Positions 27,101 to 34,494 of a DNA stretch of 34,494 nt are shown here, piece by piece. The notes beneath the pieces were generated by a model. That model did not search any database, was not told where the DNA came from, and saw only the letters and a list, made by a program, of their open reading frames with translations. The stretch comes from Pseudomonadota bacterium (GTDB taxonomy: Bacteria; Bdellovibrionota_B; Oligoflexia; Oligoflexales; CAIMVM01), in the NCBI GenBank assembly GCA_037142195.1, contig JBAXBA010000036.1, forward strand, positions 1-34,494. The letters are read 5' to 3'. Each line of letters opens with the position of its first letter. The stretch's first letter is position 1. The translations under genes and the position numbers were made by a program.

Positions 27101-28108
27101 ATGAGATTTGTACCACGTGGAACGGGACATGCCATTCCCAAAAAAATAGTCACCAATGATGATTTGGCTCAATTAATGTCCACAAACGATGAGTGGATTA
27201 AAACTCGTACAGGTATAGAACGACGTCACATTGTTGAAAAAGGTACGTCTACCAGTGATCTTGGGACGGCCGCAGCTTTGGAAGCCATCACTAGGGCGGG
27301 TTGGCAGCCCCAGGAAGTGGATCTTATATTAGCCGCCACATTATCCCCTGATTATTATTTTCCAGGCCTTGGGGTTTTGATTCAGGACAAATTAGGCTGC
27401 CGAGCTATACCAGCCATTGACATTCGGGGGCAATGCGCGGGTTTCGTTTGGAGTTTGGCGACCGCGCAGGGTTTTGGACTTACAGGGCAGTATAAAAAAA
27501 TAGTAGTTGTGGGCGCTGAAATACATTCGAATGTCATTGATTGGAATGATCATGGAAGAGATATAGCTGTTCTATTTGGCGACGGGGCAGGTGCTGTAGC
27601 TCTTGAACTAGAGCCTGGCGTCCCTGAACTTTCTAAGCGGGGGCTCATTGATTTTGTGATGGGATCCGATGGTAGTGGTGTAGAAGCCCTTTGTATGAAG
27701 CGCCCGGGGATGGCAGGCCAGGAGCGATTTGTGACCCATGAGGACATCGAAAAGCGTCTCGTACACCCTCAAATGGACGGCAAAAAAGTTTATATCAATG
27801 CGGTCAACAGAATGTGTGAGTCTGTTACGACTCTCATGACACGCCATGGCATTACTGCTGTAGATATCGATCTTCTCATACCTCACCAAGCCAACCTTCG
27901 CATCAATGAAACCGTTCGAGAAAAACTTGGATTTCCTGAAAATAAAGTTGTCAATATTATTACAAATTACGGCAACACCACCGCTGCTACGATTCCTCTT
28001 TGTATGCATCACGCCGTTATGGATGGTCGACTTAAACCAGGAAGCTTGGTCATGACGACTGCCTTTGGCGCTGGATTTTCATGGGGAGCTAATTTAATGA
28101 GGTGGTAG
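27101..28108 (+). CDS. fabH: Beta-ketoacyl-ACP synthase III
   Basis: WIKTRTGIERR, catalytic QCAGF, LFGDGAGA, PHQAN, GNTTAATIP, FGAGFSWG. Confidence 0.95.
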   Translation: MRFVPRGTGHAIPKKIVTNDDLAQLMSTNDEWIKTRTGIERRHIVEKGTSTSDLGTAAALEAITRAGWQPQEVDLILAATLSPDYYFPGLGVLIQDKLGCRAIPAIDIRGQCAGFVWSLATAQGFGLTGQYKKIVVVGAEIHSNVIDWNDHGRDIAVLFGDGAGAVALELEPGVPELSKRGLIDFVMGSDGSGVEALCMKRPGMAGQERFVTHEDIEKRLVHPQMDGKKVYINAVNRMCESVTTLMTRHGITAVDIDLLIPHQANLRINETVREKLGFPENKVVNIITNYGNTTAATIPLCMHHAVMDGRLKPGSLVMTTAFGAGFSWGANLMRW

Positions 28109-28416
28109 GGGTTTTTAAAAAAGCAGTACCACAGTCCAACAATGATTTGGTTTTGCATGGAGAGGAAGCTTTAGGACAGTGCGGAATCTCATCGACTCAG
28201 GCTCGCGATGTCTCATAAAAAATCTCGTCAACTCACTTTCAAGAGTTGAAAACAAGTCCCTAATCAGGCGACAGGCGAAAGAGTGCATTTCGACATGGAA
28301 AGAGATCTTACGAGAAAGGGAATCATGGTCCGATATAGGTAGCGGATGTGCGTTTCCCGTGGTTTTTTATAAGGCTTAATCTGGAATCGCGTGCGTTCCC
28401 TACCGCCCTGAAAGTG

Positions 28417-28731
28417 TCAAGTGGGCTTTTTTAAAGTTTCACGCAAGTCTTTTATCCCATCAAGCAGCAATTCAAGTAGCCCAAGCTTTTGCTGCTTAAT
28501 AGAATCTTCTAAAATAGCGCATATCCGTGTGATTTCTGGGAATCCATAGGATGTCCCTGTTCCTTTAAGAGAGTGAATTTGACGCCGAATGTCTTCCATT
28601 TTAAGTGTGGTATCTTCAGCCCCTAAAGCATGAAGAGCTCGTTCAATGTCATCTAAGGTAGATTGGCCATAGGCCACGTATTCCTCTTTAAGCTGTGGAT
28701 CCACTTCAAAGCTACCTGAATGAGCTGTCAC
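28417..28731 (-). CDS. Stand-alone Hpt (histidine phosphotransfer) protein
   Basis: IHSLKGTGTSYGF Hpt motif; GTG 28731 with AGGAG RBS. The ORF track starts at 28812. Confidence 0.85.
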   Translation of the reverse strand: MTAHSGSFEVDPQLKEEYVAYGQSTLDDIERALHALGAEDTTLKMEDIRRQIHSLKGTGTSYGFPEITRICAILEDSIKQQKLGLLELLLDGIKDLRETLKKPT

Positions 28732-29266
28732 TTCTTTTCTCCTAAATGAAATCCACTCTATCAGAAATCTCTGAGTGTCCACATAAAAAAAGTCCCTTAA
28801 AAAGCTATCCAAGCGAGGGGTGCCTATTTGCTTCTTTTTTTATAAACACAAACCCAAATGAAGAACCCAAGACTTTTCCATGGAACTTCTCAACTCGTTT
28901 TCTAATTTAGCACTTTTTCAAGCCGGCAGCCATAGGATCGATCACAGCAAGTGCCGTTGTTATGTTTTTTTGGGTGTAACATATTTGCTTTTGGGAAAAG
29001 AACAGCTTTGCTTACATTCGGTGCGGTAGCTTTCTGATGCCTGGAAGCCTACCCAACTCATTTGGGTCTGAACCTAATGAGTTGATGGCCATTCAAAATG
29101 TTGAAATCAGTCACATCCATGTTAATAGCCCCTGACTTCCTTCCTGAGGAGTTTTTCCAGGTGTTCCTGAGCTCTTTCGTGGTCTAAAAGAGCTCAAGGG
29201 ACAGCTCCTGAGGGAATCTGGATTTTACGGTTAGCCAGCAGAATAGATGGCTAATTTTAATGTCTC

Positions 29267-29295
29267 TTGACAATTCAAAGGGATCTTATTAAACC
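29267..29295 (+). promoter_or_regulatory. Possible sigma70 promoter for the L,D-transpeptidase
   Basis: TTGACA at 29267-29272 and a weak -10 (TAAACC) at 17-bp spacing. Confidence 0.35.
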
Positions 29296-29339
29296 CGCCG
29301 TACCAGCACGCTAAGTGGCGTGTCATTAAGGAGACTAGA

Positions 29340-30023
29340 ATGATTAAGATGTTGAAAATTATAGGTATTTTCTTAGGGGTTGCCGGCAGCTCTCTAGGTC
29401 TTGCGGGTACAAAAATTTGTGTGGACCAAGCCAATCTGCGAAGTTTTGATAGTATCGAGACCATCATTGATGTTTTAGATCGGGATACTCCCGTGAGCAC
29501 CCTGGGTAGAGATAGAATCTCTTATAATGGCTATTCCTATATGGCAGTTCAGGCAAATAATCAGTCTGGCTGGGTTGTGGATTCTTTCGTATGTGAAACC
29601 GGCACAGAATCGCCCGTCACAGCTAGAAAAATCGTGGTTAATATAACCTCAAATAAATTGTTCTATTATGAGAACGGTCTCCTCATCGACAGTTGGAATG
29701 TGGGAACAGCTAGAGCTGGAAAAGTCACACCTCCAGGAACTTATTCTGTAAGAGAAAAAGAAAAGTGTCCGCCCTACTTCGGGTCACTGGGCGATCACAA
29801 TGTACCAGGCTGTATCCCCGAAAACCCTTTTGGACGCCGAGTTCTTTGGTTTATAGGTAATATTTATGGAGTTCACGGTACCAACCAAGAGTACCTGATT
29901 GGGCCCCAGTCGACGGCAGCTAGCCGCCGCGTAAGCGGGGGGTGTGTGAGAAACCCCAATGCTAAAATTGAGTGGTTGTTTGAGCGCGTAAAAGTTGGGG
30001 ATCCCATTGTGATCACCCGTTAA
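29340..30023 (+). CDS. L,D-transpeptidase (YkuD family) with N-terminal SH3b-like domain
   Basis: Signal peptide; ANLRS..GWV SH3b pattern; IVVNITSNKL, TPPGTY, YGVHGT and SGGCVR catalytic motifs; AAGGAG RBS. Confidence 0.92.
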   Translation: MIKMLKIIGIFLGVAGSSLGLAGTKICVDQANLRSFDSIETIIDVLDRDTPVSTLGRDRISYNGYSYMAVQANNQSGWVVDSFVCETGTESPVTARKIVVNITSNKLFYYENGLLIDSWNVGTARAGKVTPPGTYSVREKEKCPPYFGSLGDHNVPGCIPENPFGRRVLWFIGNIYGVHGTNQEYLIGPQSTAASRRVSGGCVRNPNAKIEWLFERVKVGDPIVITR

Positions 30024-30080
30024 TCATGCGTGAGTGCTTCTAAACGGAGCCATTCTATTTAAAAGGTGTGAAAACAAGAT

Positions 30081-30119
30081 AAGGCCCAGAGAACCTTAAG
30101 GAACTCTAGGCTTTTTTTT
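30081..30119 (+). terminator. Rho-independent terminator
   Basis: Imperfect stem AAGGCCCAGAG/CTCTAGGCTTT running into an 8-T tract. Confidence 0.6.
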
Positions 30120-30483
30120 ACAACCTAAACTTCTAAACACGAAGCTTTTTGAGGCTGTTGTTTCTCGGGCGAGATTCTGACTTCAAATAAGGCTTTATGC
30201 GGTGACATACAACATCGCCTTTTCTGCAGCCTACTGCTAGGCTCTTGAGGTCCTCTCATTCCTTAAAACTCGAAAAGGAAGGCGGTGTATTTTCACTTTC
30301 TGACTAACGAGTAGTTTCCTGACTACAGACTGTTCCTTATTTAGTTAAGGAAGAGGGCAAAAGGAAAAATTATTAGAGATTTGCAGCTTAAACAAAACTC
30401 ATTTTTAACGCTTTCATCGACGCCAGTACTTCATTTTTGAGAGTTCTTGGCCGACAGATAAGCAAATTGTGCAGGGGGGGGCA

Positions 30484-30705
30484 ATGGACGTAAATGCCTT
30501 TAAGAAGGATGTTAAAGAGTGGATAAACACACATCCTTACGGCAGTATTGATGATTTTACCGATTTTTGCGAATCGTTAATTCCTCCAGCGATGATGACA
30601 AGCTATGCCTGGCTTGTCGATCAATCGGTGTCTTGGTATACCCATATTCTCTCCAGTCGAGACTGGCAAAATAGGGATGACGAGGAAAATGACGATGCCG
30701 CCTAA
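30484..30705 (+). CDS. Small acidic hypothetical protein
   Basis: ATG 30484 after a G-run RBS; 73 aa with protein-like composition; sigma28-like GCCGAC upstream. Confidence 0.7.
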   Translation: MDVNAFKKDVKEWINTHPYGSIDDFTDFCESLIPPAMMTSYAWLVDQSVSWYTHILSSRDWQNRDDEENDDAA

Positions 30706-30724
30706 TCAACATCACTTCTTGACA

Positions 30725-31036
30725 CTAAGCCGCTGAAGGAGGGGGCGTCTTTGTAAAAGAGGGATGGCAAGCTCGGATCCGATCAAAGGACCTTTTCTCG
30801 ATCTCTTCGAGAGCTTCGAGGTCTTCAAAGCCAAGGTCTCGAAGCCAATCTACCTGGACCATATCTGGCAATGGGGTTACAATTTCTTCCCCGTCTTCCG
30901 TTTCATACACTTCAAAAGCTTCTAAAATAGTTCCAGGCTGGGTCATACGGAAGTAGTGCCAGCCTTCTCCCGACGTTATCACACCGTCTCTTGAGTCCCC
31001 ATACCATTGTTCGCGCGTATAAAAGTTGTCTAGCAT
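30725..31036 (-). CDS. Small acidic hypothetical protein
   Basis: ATG 31036 with a perfect AGGAGG RBS; 103 aa. The ORF track starts at 31102. Confidence 0.75.
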   Translation of the reverse strand: MLDNFYTREQWYGDSRDGVITSGEGWHYFRMTQPGTILEAFEVYETEDGEEIVTPLPDMVQVDWLRDLGFEDLEALEEIEKRSFDRIRACHPSFTKTPPPSAA

Positions 31037-31058
31037 AAAACCTCCTATCCCAAAAAGA

Positions 31059-31083
31059 ATCGGAGGTTTTTGCAGAGAATTTA
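31059..31083 (-). promoter_or_regulatory. Sigma28-like promoter
   Basis: Minus strand TAAA-N15-TCCGAT, matching the canonical TAAA-N15-GCCGATAA spacing. Confidence 0.55.
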
Positions 31084-31119
31084 GAAAAATCGCAAAAAAC
31101 AATTAAATTTCTTGTTTTA

Positions 31120-31962
31120 TTAATAGGTTAGCGTATCAAGCCGGTTCAGGAACCGATAAAAACGGAACCTGGTGCCCGCTAGGTCACTGAAGAAGTTGGA
31201 ATCTCCCATGGGTGATTTGGAAGGGTTCCAAGCACTCCATAGAATCATATCCGCTCGACCATGAACATAGGAAATAGGAACCGTCTTCCATACTCTCGAA
31301 TCCGAAGAGTTGTCGCGATTGTCACCCATCACAAAGAGGGAATTCTCGGGAACGCGGTACGGCACGCCATCTGGAGGCCATGTGCCGCCAATTGCCCTTT
31401 GGAATTTGTCTGTATTTTGAATGACCCAATGTTTTTTGCCCTCGAGGGTTTCTTCAAAAAGATTTTTAGGTTGGCTTCTATCAAAGATATCTGTCAAAAG
31501 AGCCGATTTTTCAGGGGTGGACAGCTTTTCAAGGGGGACATTGTTGATATAAAGAATGTCATCAATGGTTTGGATTTGATCTCCAGATAAGGCTACGACG
31601 CGCTTTACATAGTCGATTTCTGGGTTCACGGGATAGCGGAAAACAATGATGTCTCCGCGCTTAATTTCAGCCCATCTAAAAATGATATCTGTAAAAGGGA
31701 CTCGAAACCCATAGGCAAGTTTATTGGCAAGAATGCGATCACCGACCTTTATGGTAGGCTCCATGGACGCCGTTGGGACCTCATAAGGGCTGGCTATGCT
31801 CCATCTCAAGGCTAATACAGAAACGATTAAAATAGCCAGAGAGCGAAAGTTTTCTACGCTCCAAAACGGTACTTGCTTAGCAGGTTTTTTCTTGAATAAA
31901 TGGAAAAAATTAAATTTTTGTTCCGTTTTTAAGGTAGGTTCTGGATGGGCTTCAAGTGTCAC
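31120..31962 (-). CDS. lepB: Signal peptidase I
   Basis: One TM segment, catalytic Ser in TASMEPT, RGDIIVF, Lys in DYVKRV, GDNRDNSSDSR; GTG start with GGGG RBS. Confidence 0.95.
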   Translation of the reverse strand: MTLEAHPEPTLKTEQKFNFFHLFKKKPAKQVPFWSVENFRSLAILIVSVLALRWSIASPYEVPTASMEPTIKVGDRILANKLAYGFRVPFTDIIFRWAEIKRGDIIVFRYPVNPEIDYVKRVVALSGDQIQTIDDILYINNVPLEKLSTPEKSALLTDIFDRSQPKNLFEETLEGKKHWVIQNTDKFQRAIGGTWPPDGVPYRVPENSLFVMGDNRDNSSDSRVWKTVPISYVHGRADMILWSAWNPSKSPMGDSNFFSDLAGTRFRFYRFLNRLDTLTY

Positions 31963-31986
31963 AAATACCCCTAGTGTGTTGAGATC

Positions 31987-32013
31987 TAAGTTTTATAGCA
32001 GACAATCCGAAAG
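31987..32013 (+). promoter_or_regulatory. Sigma28-like promoter
   Basis: TAAG-N15-TCCGAAAG just upstream of the RBS of the 32038 gene. Confidence 0.45.
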
Positions 32014-32037
32014 TAAGCAAAGGGGGGATTGAGGAGC

Positions 32038-32328
32038 ATGTCTAAGATTTTACTTCTGTTATGGATCCTCATTCAGGACCAAAGGGCTTGGGGACTGCAG
32101 GCCAGCAAGGTCTATTTTGAGTACATTCCTTCCCAGGGTTTATACCGGGTTCGAACCTTGTACACGATTCCCGAGCTCAAAGAAAAACGCGAAATGCGCG
32201 CAGAATTTAGAGCCAAAAAAGAGGCCGAAGAATTTTACTGGAAGCTTGTCAAGGGCGGTGACTTCAGCCAGGGAGACCCAAAATCCGTAAAATTTGTTAC
32301 TCAACCGGCCAAAGCGGACCCCTGGTAA
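32038..32328 (+). CDS. Small secreted hypothetical protein
   Basis: Signal-like N-terminus ending AWG; G-rich RBS; start is TTG 32029 or ATG 32038. Confidence 0.7.
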   Translation: MSKILLLLWILIQDQRAWGLQASKVYFEYIPSQGLYRVRTLYTIPELKEKREMRAEFRAKKEAEEFYWKLVKGGDFSQGDPKSVKFVTQPAKADPW

Positions 32329-32357
32329 CAAAGCGTATCCTTGGCAAAAAGGCGTGC

Positions 32358-33335
32358 TTAAATCTGCTTTGCAGCTTCTAAAGCTTGATCTGAAAGTCTC
32401 GCACCATATCTAGAAATCACGTCACTGGCGAGGGTAGCAGCTATTTTCCCGCAGGTAGCTAAATCTTTTCCGCTGGTATAGCCATAGAGGAAGCCGCCCG
32501 CAAACATATCGCCCGCAGCAGTAGTGTCGATCACCTGGGTGGAAACGGCTGGGGTAGCTAGGATCTGATTTCCCTGGCCAATTAAAGCTCCTTTTGCCCC
32601 TAGCTTTACCACTGCTATAGCCTCTAGTTGGGCGATGCGCTTGGCAGTTTCTTCAGGGGAAGACTCAAATAACAAACGACTTTCTTCTTCATTGCAAAAG
32701 ACGATGTCGGCAAAGTCTTTAATGAGTTTAATAAAATCTTCTCGATTGTGTCTTACTACAAAGGGGTCAGCAAGATCAAATGAGATTAACGTGCCATGAC
32801 GCTTAGCCGTATTTAGGGCATCCAAGATGCCTTGTTTCTGGGGGGCTGTGTCCCATTGGTAGCCACAGAAGTGGAATATTTTAGACTGGGCAATATCATC
32901 ATGGGGGATCAGACTTTCTCCGTAGAGTCGACTTGCTCCTAAGCAAGTGTTCATGGTGCGCTCTCCATCCGGTGTGACGAGTATGACACATGTACCAGTG
33001 CCGCCTTCCACGATTCCCAGACGATGCTCAATTTTTAATTCTCCCATGCGGTTTTTAATCGAATGGCCAAAATCGTCATTGGAAATAGCTCCCGCAAATA
33101 CGGTGGATTTCCCTAAAGCACTCAATGCTCTAATAGCATTCATGGAGGATCCACCTAATTCCACAGTTTGCTGGTGTCCCGAAAGGTAAGCCAATATTTC
33201 CAGTTGCCGATGCTGATCGACGAGATGCATGATGCCTTTGGTAAGGCCAAAATGATTTAAATCTTTATCTGTTGCATCTACAATAATGTCCATCAGAGCA
33301 TTGCAAACTGCGGAAACATCGAATTTTTTTTCCAT
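32358..33335 (-). CDS. PfkB-family adenosine/nucleoside kinase
   Basis: NALMDI, GGSSMN, TPDGERTMNTCLGAS, FCNEEE, IDTTAAGDMFAGGFLYG. Start moved to ATG 33335 (MEKKFDV). Confidence 0.92.
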   Translation of the reverse strand: MEKKFDVSAVCNALMDIIVDATDKDLNHFGLTKGIMHLVDQHRQLEILAYLSGHQQTVELGGSSMNAIRALSALGKSTVFAGAISNDDFGHSIKNRMGELKIEHRLGIVEGGTGTCVILVTPDGERTMNTCLGASRLYGESLIPHDDIAQSKIFHFCGYQWDTAPQKQGILDALNTAKRHGTLISFDLADPFVVRHNREDFIKLIKDFADIVFCNEEESRLLFESSPEETAKRIAQLEAIAVVKLGAKGALIGQGNQILATPAVSTQVIDTTAAGDMFAGGFLYGYTSGKDLATCGKIAATLASDVISRYGARLSDQALEAAKQI

Positions 33336-33490
33336 GTGGGCGGGCCTTAGAAATGAGATCAATCGGAAAGACACTCTATCAGAGTCCTTGCCTTCAAGCA
33401 AAACGAGATTTAACCAAAGATCAAATTATAATCAGCAGGTAGGGCAGGCTTTAAAGATTCCAATCTGCTGTAAAAAATAGCTTTTAGAAG

Positions 33491-34021
33491 TTAGCTCGCG
33501 CGCCTGAAGTCATTTGTGGTGAGTTCGTGATTACGACGTAAGGAATACTGCGACAGGATCTTAAATCGAGTGGAGTCAAGGTCATGGACGAGGCAGCGAA
33601 CCGCTTTGTTATTATAGAAAGTGGAGAGGGACCACATGACCATAGTTTCAAACACGAGGATCCATTGCCGGTCAGCAACGATTACAAATTGAAAAACAAA
33701 TAAAGCTATAAAAAAAACCAGGATAATATTTCGTGTTCGACGATGAGGCCAAAAGCTTAGTTCTCTAGGAAGCCTGAAGGAAAACAATAAAAAAGAACCC
33801 ACTCCAAAGAGTAAAAAAGAAACGTCTGGCATGAAATCGGGGATAAGGCTTTGAAGCAATGCCGGGATAATGAGAACACCCATAGATTCTAGGGAGGCCC
33901 TGCCTGTAAGGCCTACTAAAACGCCGGACTTAGGGCCGTCTGGTTGGCGGGAAGCCAAATAAGACGGAACAGCAAAAATCGCACATAAGGCGAGTGGAAT
34001 CCAATGTGGTATCACAGGCAT
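33491..34021 (-). CDS. Hypothetical integral membrane protein
   Basis: 176 aa with about five hydrophobic segments; GGGG RBS; 13 bp after the upstream gene. Confidence 0.7.
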   Translation of the reverse strand: MPVIPHWIPLALCAIFAVPSYLASRQPDGPKSGVLVGLTGRASLESMGVLIIPALLQSLIPDFMPDVSFLLFGVGSFLLFSFRLPRELSFWPHRRTRNIILVFFIALFVFQFVIVADRQWILVFETMVMWSLSTFYNNKAVRCLVHDLDSTRFKILSQYSLRRNHELTTNDFRRAS

Positions 34022-34034
34022 GGTATCCCCGTGT

Positions 34035-34494
34035 CTAGGCGATTCGTTTGACGTTATTTCTTACTGCTTCATAATGAGCTAGTTCTTTTGCAAAATCAAA
34101 GGAAATAGATTTAAATTCCGCAATTTCTTTAAACTCATGCAAAGTACGTGTGATTTCTTGGTCGGTTCTGAGGGGGTGATGATGGGTGAGAAGTACTCGC
34201 TCAGCGCCAGCTGCAATTCCATTTTTAAGAGCAGATTGCATAGTAGAGTGTCCCCAGCCCTGCCTGCTGCTATATTCAGCTGGTGTAAACTGGGCATCAT
34301 GAACCAATATGGTTGCTCCTTTAGCAAAATTGATGAGATCCTCATTTTTCTTGTTGTCTCGGGCTTCATGATCGGTAGCGATCACGATGGATTCACCAGT
34401 GGGAGATTGGAATTTTAAGGCAAAACAATGGGCATCCTCGTCTTTATTGGCATGATCGACGGGACAAAAACTTACCATGAGACCATCTAGCATG
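34035..34494 (-). CDS. Metallo-beta-lactamase-fold hydrolase, C-terminal part (runs off the window edge)
   Basis: IATDHE, LVHDAQF, GWGHST and LLTHHHP motifs of RNase Z/phosphodiesterase-like MBL proteins. Confidence 0.88.
   Translation of the reverse strand, partial: MLDGLMVSFCPVDHANKDEDAHCFALKFQSPTGESIVIATDHEARDNKKNEDLINFAKGATILVHDAQFTPAEYSSRQGWGHSTMQSALKNGIAAGAERVLLTHHHPLRTDQEITRTLHEFKEIAEFKSISFDFAKELAHYEAVRNNVKRIA

Noticed and set aside
27047..27172. Apparent overlap of the 586-aa ORF with fabH
   Set aside because: Artefact of longest-ORF calling; ATG 27046 has an RBS and is followed by a signal peptide.
28179..28379. 66-aa ORF after fabH
   Set aside because: No recognisable motif and a GTG start with poorly spaced RBS-like sequence; cannot be supported, although not excluded.
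29130..29254. SRP RNA or c-di-AMP (ydaO) riboswitch
   Set aside because: Only partial words (CAGGAAGGAAG and GCTAACC on the minus strand); the conserved cores of both families are absent.
1..34494. Mobile element, prophage or defence island
   Set aside because: No integrase, transposase, phage structural, nuclease or reverse transcriptase motifs in any ORF.

Overview
Gene-dense bacterial chromosomal segment with about 32 CDS. I found no rRNA, tRNA, CRISPR array, transposase or phage gene. The gene content suggests Bdellovibrionota, probably Oligoflexia; this is an inference from the PilT paralog, the MYXO-CTERM-like peptidase, the RoxA-like diheme protein, the L,D-transpeptidase, the many Cys-rich lipoproteins and the sigma28-like promoters. 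Housekeeping genes are topA, recA, purA, purB, lpxD, fabH and lepB, plus a PfkB kinase, a SRAP protein and YheU. The best candidate for an uncharacterised system is a four-gene, fully exported operon at 19928-24544. It encodes a Sec-exported monoheme CxxCH protein, a small lipoprotein, a Tat-exported DUF1501-like protein and a CxxCH lipoprotein with a carbohydrate-binding-like domain. It is divergent from an orphan membrane histidine kinase, and the shared intergenic region holds a 15-bp tandem repeat. Other points of interest are several sigma28 (FliA)-like promoters before short or secreted hypothetical genes, a hairpin that would occlude an RBS only in read-through transcripts (31037-31083), two structured intergenic regions (17812-18133 and 29054-29254), and a TopA that looks gammaproteobacterial but has a Lys/Ala tail. 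All family calls come from motif recognition by eye; no database searches were run.
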